Shown: positions 1 to 10,667, numbered from the stretch's first letter. The stretch is DNA of 64,000 nucleotides from Candidatus Bathyarchaeota archaeon (GCA_963775685.1 CAVZJV010000014.1:1728001-1792000); one strand, 5' to 3'. Program-made: numbers and translations. Notes: generated by a model from the letters alone, not told the origin.

Positions 1-375
1 GCGTTCCTCTTCTTTTTGAATATGTGGAGGTTTGGAGCCGATTATCCCTGGAAAAGCACCTTTTTTTGTATGGACCATTACTCTTTGGGCTGGGAGAATG
101 CGGTCGTCGATACCACCCATTTTGGTGAACTGTAGAAAACCGTCCTTCATTATGGTTTTGACCATCAAGCCGACTTCATCCATGTGAGCTGCAAGCATGA
201 TTTTCGGCGATTTCGTTTTGCCCTTCTTGATAGCTATGACGTTTTCTAGTTTGTCGACTTGAATTTCATCAGCCAACGGTGTCATAAGGTGAACCATAAG
301 GTTTCTAACGTGGTCTTCTCTGCCTGTTACTCCGCACGCGTTGGAGAGTTTTTCAAGATTTGTGTTTATGGACAA
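1..375 (-). CDS. M42 family aminopeptidase (TET-like), 5' part; runs off the window
   Basis: Manual translation from TTG at 375: LEKLSNACGVTGRED...IMLAAHMDEVG...GGIDDRIL...GIIGSKPPH, typical M42 motifs; absent from the ORF track. Confidence 0.9.
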   Translation of the reverse strand, partial: MSINTNLEKLSNACGVTGREDHVRNLMVHLMTPLADEIQVDKLENVIAIKKGKTKSPKIMLAAHMDEVGLMVKTIMKDGFLQFTKMGGIDDRILPAQRVMVHTKKGAFPGIIGSKPPHIQKEEER

Positions 376-483
376 TAAGAGGCCTTCTTGGTTGTTGTTC
401 GATAAGACTTTAAAGGAATTGTTATTAAACGGTTTTGGTTCTAGGCGCTTTAATAGTTATAGAGGGAACTATCTCTTTCTGGA

Positions 484-2004
484 TTATTCATTTTGCGACA
501 GTTCAACGGTGAATTTTGTGCCTTTGTTCACTTGGCTTTCAAAGTGTATCTTGCCATTTAATGCTTCCACTAAGCGTTTAACGACGGCTAAGCCTAAACC
601 TTGACCTTTGGATTTTGTAGTGAACAGCGGCGTGAACATTTTGGTTTTAACATTTTCTGGGATGCCTAACCCCGTGTCTTGGATGCTGATTGCTGTTTTA
701 TCCTTTTTCCTGTTTATTTTTACGGTTAATTTGCCTTCATTGGGCATAGCTTGAACTGCGTTAGTGATCAGGTTTGTCAATATTCGTCTCAAGTAAGCGG
801 TGTCTGTTTTGATTGCTGAGTTTTCTTTGAGTTTTGTTATGAGTTCTATTCGATTAGGAATATTGATAGCCAGGATGGTGCTTTGGATTAATTCGGAGAG
901 ATTTATGACTTGAAGGTTTGGTTTTAAGGGTCTTGTGTAATCTTGCAAGTCGCTAACAATCTTGTCAATGTAGGTGATGTTTTCGTTAACTGACTCAATA
1001 CTTTCAAGTATGGCTTGCTTGCTTTCGCCCTCCTTCATGGACTTTGTTTCTTCAGTTATCAAGTACATATCGCTTGTTATTGCCTGCAGGGGGTTGCGAA
1101 TGTCATGTCCAACCATGCCCGCGGTTTGGCCGATGGCTGCCATACGCTCAGCGTCTTTCAACTGAGCAGCTCGCTGATTTGCTAGCTCCTCCATTTGGTT
1201 TGCATACTCTTCCAACAATATGGCGTTTTCCTCAAGCTTAATCTGCGCCTTAACTCGTTCTTCTTCAACTAACTTTAACTCGTCAATATCTACAGTATAA
1301 ACGCGTACTTGCTGGGTTTCGGGCACAAGATAAATTTGTTCGTGGTACCAATGCTCATTAACTTTAATTTCTCTGCCAGAAGTTGTAGTTTTAATTTTTT
1401 GCGCATAGTCTTTAGCGATGTCTTCCCAGTTGGACAAGAGGGGATGCTTTAGACCTAATTCTTCTATGTCAGGAAAGAAAAGTGTTGTTGCAGGATTGGC
1501 GTAGGTTAATTTTCCTTTAAAGTCTACTTCGAAGACTGGGTTAGGATTAAGGGTAGGAAAAGTAGCTAATCGCGCAATTTCTTTTTCTGCTTTCTTGCGT
1601 TCCGTTACATCCTCGAAGAGCGTTACGAAGTATCCTTTTTCTGGGCAGTAAGCAGAAATATTATACCATTTGTCAAGAGGCTTAGCATAATTTTCGAACT
1701 GAATGGACTCGCAATTGAGCGCAACCTTTCCATATGTGCCAATCCAATCTGCTGGGTCGTTTTCGATGCCCTTTAGGATTTCGGTTACTTTTTTTCCAAT
1801 AATTTCCTCTTTTTTGAGCCCAATCATTTTTTCAAAGGCATTGTTGACTTCTAGAAAAACGTAGTCTATTGGCTTCCCAGATTTGTCAACAACTACCTTG
1901 TGATAGGCAAATCCATCCATCATTTTTTCAAAAAATATGCTGGAGTGTTTTCTTTCGACGCTGAGTGCTTTTGTCCAGCCGTTAGCTAAAGAATCAACAG
2001 ACAA
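484..2004 (-). CDS. Cytoplasmic PAS-domain sensor histidine kinase
   Basis: PAS domains, H-box GMVGHDIRNPL, N-box NLITNAVQAM, DTGLGI, FTTKSKGQGLGL. Confidence 0.92.
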   Translation of the reverse strand: MSVDSLANGWTKALSVERKHSSIFFEKMMDGFAYHKVVVDKSGKPIDYVFLEVNNAFEKMIGLKKEEIIGKKVTEILKGIENDPADWIGTYGKVALNCESIQFENYAKPLDKWYNISAYCPEKGYFVTLFEDVTERKKAEKEIARLATFPTLNPNPVFEVDFKGKLTYANPATTLFFPDIEELGLKHPLLSNWEDIAKDYAQKIKTTTSGREIKVNEHWYHEQIYLVPETQQVRVYTVDIDELKLVEEERVKAQIKLEENAILLEEYANQMEELANQRAAQLKDAERMAAIGQTAGMVGHDIRNPLQAITSDMYLITEETKSMKEGESKQAILESIESVNENITYIDKIVSDLQDYTRPLKPNLQVINLSELIQSTILAINIPNRIELITKLKENSAIKTDTAYLRRILTNLITNAVQAMPNEGKLTVKINRKKDKTAISIQDTGLGIPENVKTKMFTPLFTTKSKGQGLGLAVVKRLVEALNGKIHFESQVNKGTKFTVELSQNE

Positions 2005-2239
2005 TTAGCAGCCCCTACAAACATTTATACCTAAAAATTTAAGCGTTGAAGTATAAAAGAGTATATTTTGCCCATGGACATCCATAGAAATCAGGAACAA
2101 CTATTTTTCTTTGACAAGGTCAAAGTTCCAGCAACGGGATTAGAACAACTTTGTAATTATCTTGGAAATTAACTCATTCCAATTTTGGATAATTCTTAAA
2201 TCATTAAACCGCATTCACAAACAATGTAAGGTGTAAAAA

Positions 2240-3178
2240 TTGGCACAACAACCCCCAAGTTATAAGACAGTTTTCGTTTTCCTAGACACAGACAAATATT
2301 GCAGTCCATTTGACATGCTCGTCGCCATAGACGCATTCCCAGACTCGACGATTTTCAAGTATGAAAATGTTACAAGCGAAGATGCCCCAAAAATCATCTT
2401 TGACCTGCTATTCCCCCGTGGACCCGAAGGCGCAAAACACACAAAGGTATTCATCAACGGAAGCAAGTTTGAAATGGTAGAAAAAGTAGTTGAAGCAACC
2501 CAGAAAGCAATGAAGTCAGCCCCATGGGGAAACAGCATCATCGTTGACCCAAGAGGCGGATACTCAACAGCCGCAGCCGCAGTAGCAAAAACTTTCGGAG
2601 CAGCCATGGAGAAAGGTTTTGGGAGCTTAGAAGGCAAAAATGTAACCGTCCTAGCTGGCACAGGACCAGTAGGACAGACAGCCGCAAGAATCTACGCGAC
2701 AGAAAAAGCCAACGTAACTATTACAAGTCGAGCACTCGCAAAAGGTCAAGTTATAGCCTACAAAATCAACCAAGAATGCGGCGCCCAAAGAGTCAAAGTT
2801 GTCGAAGTCAAAAATCCCGAACAAACAGCCGAAGCCATAAAAGACGTAGAAATCGTCCTATCAGCGGGCGCAGGCGGAATCCAATTGCTCTCAGCAGCAG
2901 ATCTTAGCAAAAGCCCAATGTGCAAAATTGTAGCAGACATCAACGCGATCAAACCGCTGGGTGTAGAAGGGTTAGCCCCCAATGATGACGGCAAAGAACT
3001 CAAACCTGGCGTTTATGGCATAGGGGCGTTGGCGATCGGCAAACTTAAAATCAAAACCGAAACGGAAATGATTAAACGTGCAACCGCTGAGCCGTCAGGA
3101 CTCTTTGACTACTCAATTGCATACACCATCGCTAAAGACCAAATTTTAAAGAAACTCGCAAAAGCAGCTGCTAAATAA
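2240..3178 (+). CDS. NAD(P)-dependent methylene-H4MPT/H4F dehydrogenase, MtdA/MtdB family
   Basis: SPFDMLVAIDA, FPRGP, DPRGGYSTAAAAV, Rossmann AGTGPVG, DINAIKPLGVEG, GIGALAIG match the bacterial Mtd family. Confidence 0.8.
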   Translation: MAQQPPSYKTVFVFLDTDKYCSPFDMLVAIDAFPDSTIFKYENVTSEDAPKIIFDLLFPRGPEGAKHTKVFINGSKFEMVEKVVEATQKAMKSAPWGNSIIVDPRGGYSTAAAAVAKTFGAAMEKGFGSLEGKNVTVLAGTGPVGQTAARIYATEKANVTITSRALAKGQVIAYKINQECGAQRVKVVEVKNPEQTAEAIKDVEIVLSAGAGGIQLLSAADLSKSPMCKIVADINAIKPLGVEGLAPNDDGKELKPGVYGIGALAIGKLKIKTETEMIKRATAEPSGLFDYSIAYTIAKDQILKKLAKAAAK

Positions 3179-3304
3179 GCAGCAACTTTATCTTTTCTTT
3201 ATATTATTCTTTCAATTTTGACAACTATATTTATTTATGATAAGATCCTTTTTTATATTAACCCTTCAAGAAAGCTCCCTGTCAATTAAGGATGATACGA
3301 TAAG

Positions 3305-4369
3305 TTGGCTAATCTTACAGAAATTATTCAGAATGTACTAAACACGAATTCGAGCATCGCTGAAATCCTATCATCTATAGTCATTTTCGCTATCGTTGCC
3401 ATAGTGGGCTGGGGTTTCTACCTTATTATTAACAGGTACTTTTCTAAGTGGGCAAAAAAAACCGAAACAACCCTAGACGATGACATACTTGCCGCTGTTA
3501 AAGCCATAACAATCATAATGATTGTGGTAATCGGCATCGAATATGCGCTTCAACCGCTTTCGTTCCTTCAACCGTACAACACTACATTAACGGGAGTCTT
3601 TACAGTAATTGAAATCTTTTTAGGCGCATTTGCAGTCACCCGAGTCTCAAACATAGTGGCGGACTGGTACACAAGCAGAACCGCGCTTATGGAAGGAAAA
3701 AACAGCCGTCACCTACTGTTCATCTTAAAAAAAGTCATACAGATAGTTGTTTACGTCTCGGCATTTCTAATCATTCTATGGGTATTCAACGTTAACCTCA
3801 CCGGCGCAGTTGTCGGCTTAGGAGTCGGGGGCATTGCCATAGCGTTCGCTTTACAAAGTACTTTGAGCGATTTCTTCAGTGCTTTCTCAATCTATTTTGA
3901 TAGACCTTTTGAAATCGGTGACTTCATTGTCGTAGGCAACTATAGCGGAACGGTGAAAAACATAGGTGTCAAATCGACAAGACTACAGCTGCTGCAAGGC
4001 GAAGAACTCATTATCTCAAATAAAGAATTGACTGGCACCAGTGTCAGGAACTTTAGGAAACTGGAAAAAAGACGCGTAACCTTCACCATCGGAGTAACTT
4101 ATGACACCGTAGTTGAGAAACTCAAAAAGGTCCCTGGAATAATTGCTGGCATAATAAAGAACATGGATTTGACTTCATTTGACCGGGTAAACTTTACAGA
4201 ATTCGGAGATTTTAGCTTAAAATTCCTGGTAATATACTACGTAAATTCATCAGATTGGGGCAAATACCTAGATACACAAGAGAGAATCAACTTTTCAATT
4301 AAGGAAGCATTTGAACGGGAAGGTATAGAGATGGCGTTCCCAACCAGTACAGTCTACGTCAAAAAATAA
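3305..4369 (+). CDS. mscS: Small-conductance mechanosensitive channel
   Basis: TM helices, GVGGIAIAFALQ, DRPFEIGDFI, EGIEMAFPT. Confidence 0.92.
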   Translation: MANLTEIIQNVLNTNSSIAEILSSIVIFAIVAIVGWGFYLIINRYFSKWAKKTETTLDDDILAAVKAITIIMIVVIGIEYALQPLSFLQPYNTTLTGVFTVIEIFLGAFAVTRVSNIVADWYTSRTALMEGKNSRHLLFILKKVIQIVVYVSAFLIILWVFNVNLTGAVVGLGVGGIAIAFALQSTLSDFFSAFSIYFDRPFEIGDFIVVGNYSGTVKNIGVKSTRLQLLQGEELIISNKELTGTSVRNFRKLEKRRVTFTIGVTYDTVVEKLKKVPGIIAGIIKNMDLTSFDRVNFTEFGDFSLKFLVIYYVNSSDWGKYLDTQERINFSIKEAFEREGIEMAFPTSTVYVKK

Positions 4370-4391
4370 GCAAACCCCCAAGCAGGGTTCT

Positions 4392-5555
4392 TTATTTGAA
4401 TACGTCAGCGATTCTTGCGCAAGCCTCGGCAATGCGTTCTTTGGGCTGAGTAAAAGTAATCCTTGCGTAACCTTCACCATACCTGCCAAAACCGACTCCA
4501 GGCGTTACAGCGACACCCACACCAAGCAACTTGGTTGCGAATTTCATTGAGTCGCCCTTACAATTTACCCAAACATAGAAGGTTGCTTTTGGTTTTTCAC
4601 ATTGGTAACCGATTTTGCAAAGAGTATTTACTAGCAGGTCGCGGCGTTCCTGGAGTATTTGATTATTTTTCTCAAGGAATTCTGGCGACTCTCTACTTGT
4701 ATATGCTCCTAGGGCTTTCACGGCGGCCTTCTGCGTATAAACCGGCGGTCCCGAGTCTATTTGGGATTTAACTTTAGCTAGTCCTTGGACTACCGCTTTG
4801 TTTCCTGCCGCGAACCCAATGCGGTCGCCTGTCATGTTAAAGGTTTTTGAGAGCGAATGGAATTCGACAGCGACCTCCATTGCGCCATCTATCTCCAGGA
4901 TGCTGGGGGCACGGTAGCTGTCATAGGTGATTTCTGAGTAAGCGTTGTCATAGCAGAGGATTATGTTGTTGTCCTTTGCAAAATCAACTGCTCGCTTTAG
5001 GAATTTTTTGTCGACTGTTGCGGCGGTCGGGTTGTTCGGATAGTTGATGAACATCATTTTGGCTTTCATGGTGTCGATTGCATCGAAGTCGGGTTGGAAA
5101 TTGTTTTCTTCTAAAAGTGGCATTGGCACGGCTAACCCGTCACAAAGAATCGTGCTGCCGTTAGCATACACGGGGTAAGCCGGATCTGGCACCAACACTT
5201 TGTCGCCCGGGTTTATGAATGCTCGTGCGATGTTAGCTATTCCTTCTTTTGACCCTAGTAATGCGACGACTTGGTCGTGGGATAAGTCAACGTTGAACCG
5301 TTTCCTGTACCACTCCGACACCGAATGCCGGAAATCTGGTTCTCCCTGACTAAACGAGTAACTGTGGTTTTTGAGATTTGCCGCTTCCACTTTAAGTGCT
5401 TCAACAACAAAAGATGGAGGCGGAAGGTCAGGGTCACCTATACTCAGCGAAATCAGATCTACTCCTTGCGCCCTTTTTTCTCTAATGGCTTTTTCTATTT
5501 CAGCAAACAGGTATGGCGGTAAACGTTTTATCCGATCTGCATACTCAAACGTCAT
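4392..5555 (-). CDS. dapL: LL-diaminopimelate aminotransferase (class I/II PLP)
   Basis: LPPYLFAEI, NYPNNPT, SLSKTFNMTGDRIG; last gene of the dap operon. Confidence 0.85.
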   Translation of the reverse strand: MTFEYADRIKRLPPYLFAEIEKAIREKRAQGVDLISLSIGDPDLPPPSFVVEALKVEAANLKNHSYSFSQGEPDFRHSVSEWYRKRFNVDLSHDQVVALLGSKEGIANIARAFINPGDKVLVPDPAYPVYANGSTILCDGLAVPMPLLEENNFQPDFDAIDTMKAKMMFINYPNNPTAATVDKKFLKRAVDFAKDNNIILCYDNAYSEITYDSYRAPSILEIDGAMEVAVEFHSLSKTFNMTGDRIGFAAGNKAVVQGLAKVKSQIDSGPPVYTQKAAVKALGAYTSRESPEFLEKNNQILQERRDLLVNTLCKIGYQCEKPKATFYVWVNCKGDSMKFATKLLGVGVAVTPGVGFGRYGEGYARITFTQPKERIAEACARIADVFK

Positions 5556-5557
5556 TT

Positions 5558-6391
5558 CTATGGCTCCTTGAATAGTGTGCCTTCATAAACTTTCTCGGCT
5601 GCCCCAATCAAGAATATGTTTTTGTTTACTTCAACTTGGAGGTTGCCGCCGAGCACATGAACGGTGACTTTGTTACCGACTCTTCCCAGCTTGTTAGCGG
5701 CAGCCACAGCAGCGCAGGTTCCGGTGCCGCATGCTAAGGTTTCTCCGCATCCGCGTTCCCAAACCCTAACATTCAGCTCGTTCTTGTTTAGCACCTCTAC
5801 AAAGCCCACGTTGGTTCGCTTTGGGAAAGTCTTGTGATTTTCAATTTTTGATCCGATTTCTTCAACCGGGAAACAGTCGATGCAGTCAACGAAGATTATG
5901 CAGTGGGGATTACCCATTGAGAGGCATGTTACATTGAACTGTTCGCCGTTAACATCTAGGTCGGCGCCTATGCATGTTCCTTTTCCTTTCATGGGTAGGC
6001 TTCTTCTTTCCCAGTTCGGCTCGCCCATATCTACCTTGACGGCGGCGACTTCTTTGCCCTTAACCGTTAACCAAACATGTTTAACACCTGACATCGTCTC
6101 AACCGAAAACTCATCTCTCATAACAATGTCGTTTTCGTAACAGTACTTGCTTAAGCATCTTATTCCGTTTCCGCACATTTCGGCTTCGCTACCGTCAGCG
6201 TTGAAAATCCGCATCCTTACATCAGCAACCGTTGAATTGCAGACCAAAAGAAGCCCGTCAGCGCCAACTGAGAAACGCCTCGCACAAAGACTCTTCGCCA
6301 ATGCCGCAGCCCTCTGGTCACTGACTTTTCCATCCCGATTGTCGATCAAGATGTAGTCATTGCCTAAGCCATGCATCTTCCAAAAAAGCAT
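5558..6391 (-). CDS. dapF: Diaminopimelate epimerase
   Basis: KMHGLGND, EMCGNG, GNPH, ERGCGETLACGTG. Confidence 0.96.
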   Translation of the reverse strand: MLFWKMHGLGNDYILIDNRDGKVSDQRAAALAKSLCARRFSVGADGLLLVCNSTVADVRMRIFNADGSEAEMCGNGIRCLSKYCYENDIVMRDEFSVETMSGVKHVWLTVKGKEVAAVKVDMGEPNWERRSLPMKGKGTCIGADLDVNGEQFNVTCLSMGNPHCIIFVDCIDCFPVEEIGSKIENHKTFPKRTNVGFVEVLNKNELNVRVWERGCGETLACGTGTCAAVAAANKLGRVGNKVTVHVLGGNLQVEVNKNIFLIGAAEKVYEGTLFKEP

Positions 6392-6395
6392 ATAC

Positions 6396-7679
6396 TCACT
6401 CTACCATCCGTTGACTAGACATCAAATCGCTTAGTTGTTCACGTTGTCTAACCACAATCGCCTTGCCCTGCCGAATCATCACTTCCGCTGCTCGTGGTCT
6501 TGAGTTGTATTGTGAGCTCATGCTAAAACCGTAAGCGCCAGCATTTAATATAGCAAGTAAGTCGCCCTCCTCAACCAGGGGTAATTTTCGGTCTTTGGCT
6601 AAAGCGTCACCTGACTCACATATCGGACCCACCACGTCATAAGTTTCCTTGTCCGACTGCGCAACCTTGTTGGCGACTAATATTTGATGGTAGGAGCCAT
6701 ACATCGTTGGACGTAACAATGTGTTAAAGCCTGCATCTACACCGACGAATTTCTTAGAAGGCGTTGCCTTTACAGTGTTAACAGCGGTTAAGAGTATGCT
6801 TGCGTCACAAACAAGGTATCTGCCTGGTTCAACGCATAAGAATGGCTTGCCAAGTCCGTACTCCTTTACTTTGCTCTTGAACATGGCGACCACCTTGGTG
6901 GAATATTCCGTTAGGTCAAGATCTTTGTCACCTGGAGTGTAGGGAACCCCGAATCCTCCGCCGATGTCAATGAATTCAAAATCGACACCCACCTCATCAT
7001 GCACACGCTTGGCTATGCTTAGCAGCTTCTCCACCGCCAAAACATACGGCTCTAACTCCAAGATGCCTGAGCCAATATGCATGTGTAACCCGAAGCGTTC
7101 CACACGAGCACGCTTAGCAATAGCATAAGCCTGAATGGTTTCTTCTTCCCAAAGTCCAAACTTTGATTCAGGACCAGCGGTAATGCAGTGACTGTGATGC
7201 CCAGCGCCGACATCAGGATTAACACGCACAGACAAAATCTGTGGCACAGCAATCTTTAGCAACCTATCCAGTTCTGATTGGGAATCCACGTTTACAGTTA
7301 TGTTTGCACCAGCAAGAAACTTTAGTTCGTCGTCTCGAACACTAGTTCCAGTGAATAGTAGGCGATCTGGTGTGAATCCGCAACTTAAGCCCATGAACAC
7401 TTCGCCTGGGCTAACCGTGTCCAAGTAGGCGCCTTCTGACTGCAAAATCTTTAGCACGGTTAGGTTGCTGTTGGCTTTGGCAGCGTAGTAGACGCGCAGA
7501 TGCTTGTAGTTACTGATTAAAGCGTTGTGTAGACGGTTGTAGTTGTCTCTGATGCGTTTCTCGCTTAGCACATAAAGCGGTGTATCATATTTTTCAGCCA
7601 GTTCCTTCACTGAGAAGCCGTCAAAAAAGAGGCTGCCTTTTCGGTCTTCTAAGGGTTCACGAAGCTTTCTTTTAACCAT
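6396..7679 (-). CDS. lysA: Diaminopimelate decarboxylase
   Basis: YAAKAN, HMHIGS, EPGRY, GPICESGD, GAYGFSMSSQYN. Confidence 0.96.
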   Translation of the reverse strand: MVKRKLREPLEDRKGSLFFDGFSVKELAEKYDTPLYVLSEKRIRDNYNRLHNALISNYKHLRVYYAAKANSNLTVLKILQSEGAYLDTVSPGEVFMGLSCGFTPDRLLFTGTSVRDDELKFLAGANITVNVDSQSELDRLLKIAVPQILSVRVNPDVGAGHHSHCITAGPESKFGLWEEETIQAYAIAKRARVERFGLHMHIGSGILELEPYVLAVEKLLSIAKRVHDEVGVDFEFIDIGGGFGVPYTPGDKDLDLTEYSTKVVAMFKSKVKEYGLGKPFLCVEPGRYLVCDASILLTAVNTVKATPSKKFVGVDAGFNTLLRPTMYGSYHQILVANKVAQSDKETYDVVGPICESGDALAKDRKLPLVEEGDLLAILNAGAYGFSMSSQYNSRPRAAEVMIRQGKAIVVRQREQLSDLMSSQRMVE

Positions 7680-7720
7680 ATAACATACACCAGACTCTAC
7701 TGTTACAGCTCGAATTGCAT

Positions 7721-8779
7721 TTAAGCTAAACCGTTAGCCACATACAGCTCTGCGCTTAGAATGCCTCCGCCCGCAGCGCCCCGAACCGTATTGTGTCCTA
7801 AACACATATATTTGAAAGTCATAATCGGGTCTTTGCGAATTCTGCCCACAATTATACTTTGTCCATTGCCTGTATCTCGGTCGTAGCGTGGCTGAGGTCG
7901 GTTTTTTTCATGGCGAACAACGATTGGGTACGCCGGTGCAGAAGGCAGCTTGAGCAGCTGTGGAGCACCCTTAAAGTCCTCAAACGCCGCCTCTATTTGC
8001 TCAAGCGATGGTTCTTGGTCCAGCTTTACGAATATGGATTCTAGATGACCATCTTTAACGTTGACTCGGTTGCAACTTGCGCTAAGTATGAAATCTGCGT
8101 TCTGCACAACTCTACCATTGAAGGACCCAAGAATCTTCAGGGCTTCCGTCTCCATCTTGTCCTCTTCACCTGAGATGAAGGGAATTACATTGTCGATGAT
8201 ATCCAATGAAGGTACACCTGGATAACCTGCACCGCTAAGCGCTTGCATCGTAGTAACAACGACCTGTCTTAGACCGAACTGCATCAGCGGCTTTAACGTA
8301 ATCGCCATTTGAATCGTGCTGCAATTTGGGTCAGTAGAGATAAAGCCTTTCCAACCCCGAAGTTGCTTCTGAACTTTAATTAACTCCGCGTGATCAGGAT
8401 TGATTTCTGGAATAATAAGCGGTACATCTTTTTCCATTCTGTGAGCGCTCGCTTTGCTAAACACTGGATACATTGCAGCAAATTCTGATTCAACTGGTCC
8501 CGCCAAATCACCTGGCATAGACGAGAAAACCAAGTCAACGTCACCAGCCTTCTCCACCGATGGCACGTCAGCATTTACGACCGGCATTTCAGCAATTTCT
8601 TTAGGCAAATCAGACTCCATCAACCAGTTGGCGGCGTCCTTGTATTTTTTGCCTGCTGACCGCTCTGAAGCAGCCAGAACCTCAATTTGGAACCAGGGGT
8701 GACCTTGCAATAGTTGAATGTACCGTTGTCCGACGGCTCCGGTTGCGCCCAGAATGGCAACTTTACGTTTATTTTGCAT
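7721..8779 (-). CDS. asd: Aspartate-semialdehyde dehydrogenase
   Basis: GATGAVGQ, PNCST, QALSGAGY, HNTVRGAAG. Confidence 0.96.
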   Translation of the reverse strand: MQNKRKVAILGATGAVGQRYIQLLQGHPWFQIEVLAASERSAGKKYKDAANWLMESDLPKEIAEMPVVNADVPSVEKAGDVDLVFSSMPGDLAGPVESEFAAMYPVFSKASAHRMEKDVPLIIPEINPDHAELIKVQKQLRGWKGFISTDPNCSTIQMAITLKPLMQFGLRQVVVTTMQALSGAGYPGVPSLDIIDNVIPFISGEEDKMETEALKILGSFNGRVVQNADFILSASCNRVNVKDGHLESIFVKLDQEPSLEQIEAAFEDFKGAPQLLKLPSAPAYPIVVRHEKNRPQPRYDRDTGNGQSIIVGRIRKDPIMTFKYMCLGHNTVRGAAGGGILSAELYVANGLA

Positions 8780-8845
8780 GGGGTTTCTTCCTTTGCTCTT
8801 TTCACTTTGTTCTTTCTCGATAAAAAAGTTAATGGTTCTGGCTGG

Positions 8846-9640
8846 TTAAGTTAAACCTAAAACGTCAGCCATGCTGAACACTTTGGGCTCATTTTGTTTG
8901 CTTAACCATTTAGCCGCACATACGGCGCCCTGTGCAAACACGTTCCGCGAGAAAGCCGTATGTTCTATGCGCAGCATCTCGTTTGGACCGGCAACGATTA
9001 AGTCGTGGATTCCTGCGACGCCGCCTGCACGTATCGCTGTGATTTCGAGTTCTTCCGGTAGACGAGGGCTTATACCTTCTCTTCCCGACACCGTTTTCGT
9101 GTAGCCCCGAATGTTTGCAATGATTTCGCCCAATTTTTTGGCTGTTCCACTTGGAGCATCCTTTTTGCCTGTATGGTGAATCTCGTTTATGCTGAAATCG
9201 TAGCCTTGCGGAAACGCGTTGAGTAATTCGGCCAGTTTAAAGAGTATGTTGATGCCTACACTGTAGTTTGGAGAGAACACTGCTGGAACTTTTCCCGACA
9301 TTGCGGCTGTAACTTGTCGGTATTGTTCGGGTGTGAAGCCTGTAGTGCCGAGAACTATACTTTTTCCTAAGTTAGCAACAATTGGAACATTTATTATGTC
9401 CGCTCTTGGCGCGGTGAAACTTACGAAAATGTCAGCGTCCTTTACTGCATCGACGACCTCTTCCGAACTTAGTATCAGCGTTTTTTGATCTGTTATGCCG
9501 CAATCAATTAGTGTTTTACCAATAGCCGGACTGTTTGGGGCCTCTATTGCTCCAATGGTCATTATCCCTTTTGCTCGTGCTTCATGAATTATGGCAACAC
9601 CCATTCGCCCAGTGGCGCCTGCTACGCAGATCTTAAGCAT
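8846..9640 (-). CDS. dapB: 4-hydroxy-tetrahydrodipicolinate reductase
   Basis: GATGRMG, GTTG, EIHHTGKKDAPSGTA; ATG at 9640 overlaps the end of dapA. Confidence 0.95.
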   Translation of the reverse strand: MLKICVAGATGRMGVAIIHEARAKGIMTIGAIEAPNSPAIGKTLIDCGITDQKTLILSSEEVVDAVKDADIFVSFTAPRADIINVPIVANLGKSIVLGTTGFTPEQYRQVTAAMSGKVPAVFSPNYSVGINILFKLAELLNAFPQGYDFSINEIHHTGKKDAPSGTAKKLGEIIANIRGYTKTVSGREGISPRLPEELEITAIRAGGVAGIHDLIVAGPNEMLRIEHTAFSRNVFAQGAVCAAKWLSKQNEPKVFSMADVLGLT

Positions 9641-10667
9641 AGAATAGTCCTTCAAGATACTTTTCGTTATAGAGACGGTCTTTCAGGTCCACGTCGAAGT
9701 GCTCAGCGATTGGCTTTAGGATTTGCGGGTTAGCTTCATAGACTTTACGTGCGTTCGTAAGCACAACTTCTATGCCTAATCGAGTCATTTTTCCCAGCGG
9801 TTGCCTGCATGGCCCCGACGGCATCCCCAGCACACTCATCAGTGTCTTGTAGGCAACAGGATTGCGAGCTTTGCATGTGACCGTTCCGAACGCGGTTTGT
9901 TCTTGGGTCTTCACTGTCACTATGTCAAAGAGCGGTTGGAGCGCCTGGGCAATTACGCTTGCAGCTTCTTCATTGCCATCGATAACGTAATGAACCATGT
10001 CCACAACAGTTCTGGGAGCAATATTTGATACGACAGAAATTACGCCACTTGCACCAATGTCTGGCGAAATCATCATAGTATAGGTCTTGTCATCATCGCC
10101 TGAGATGATGTCAAAGCTCTCTCCGCAGAGCTTTCGGGTTAACTCCATATTCTTGAGGTCGCCAGTTGCTTCTTTGACACAGCAAACATTCGGGTATTGC
10201 TGGTGAAGCACGGCAAGGTCCGGGGGAAAGAGTTGGGTTCCTGTTCTTCCCGGTATGATGTAGGGGATGACTTGAACTTCTGGAAACTTGCTGGCAACGG
10301 GCTCTACGTATTCTCTGCGTATTTCCAAGGAACTTGGGCCGTTATAGTAGGGGTCGACGAGTAGAACGTTTCTGACGCCTAAGTCTAGGGAGTGGGCTGT
10401 GGCTTCGATGGTTTCCTGTGTGGAGTTGCTGCCTGTTCCGGCGATAGTTTGGGTTTTGCCTGCGTACTCATGGATTTTTTCTATTACTTTGTTGTGTTCG
10501 TTCCATTCTAGGGTTGGGCTTTCACCTGTTGTTCCTACAGCAAGTATGCCTTTGACGCCGTTTTTTATTTGGAAATCTACTAGTTCTTGTAAGCCCTCGT
10601 AATCGACTTGATGATTACGGTTCATGGGGGTTATTAATGCAGTGTAACAACCATTAAATGTTGCCAT
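9633..10667 (-). CDS. dapA: 4-hydroxy-tetrahydrodipicolinate synthase
   Basis: TALITP, GTTGES, PYYN, VKEATG, SGDD. Confidence 0.93.
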   Translation of the reverse strand: MATFNGCYTALITPMNRNHQVDYEGLQELVDFQIKNGVKGILAVGTTGESPTLEWNEHNKVIEKIHEYAGKTQTIAGTGSNSTQETIEATAHSLDLGVRNVLLVDPYYNGPSSLEIRREYVEPVASKFPEVQVIPYIIPGRTGTQLFPPDLAVLHQQYPNVCCVKEATGDLKNMELTRKLCGESFDIISGDDDKTYTMMISPDIGASGVISVVSNIAPRTVVDMVHYVIDGNEEAASVIAQALQPLFDIVTVKTQEQTAFGTVTCKARNPVAYKTLMSVLGMPSGPCRQPLGKMTRLGIEVVLTNARKVYEANPQILKPIAEHFDVDLKDRLYNEKYLEGLFYA

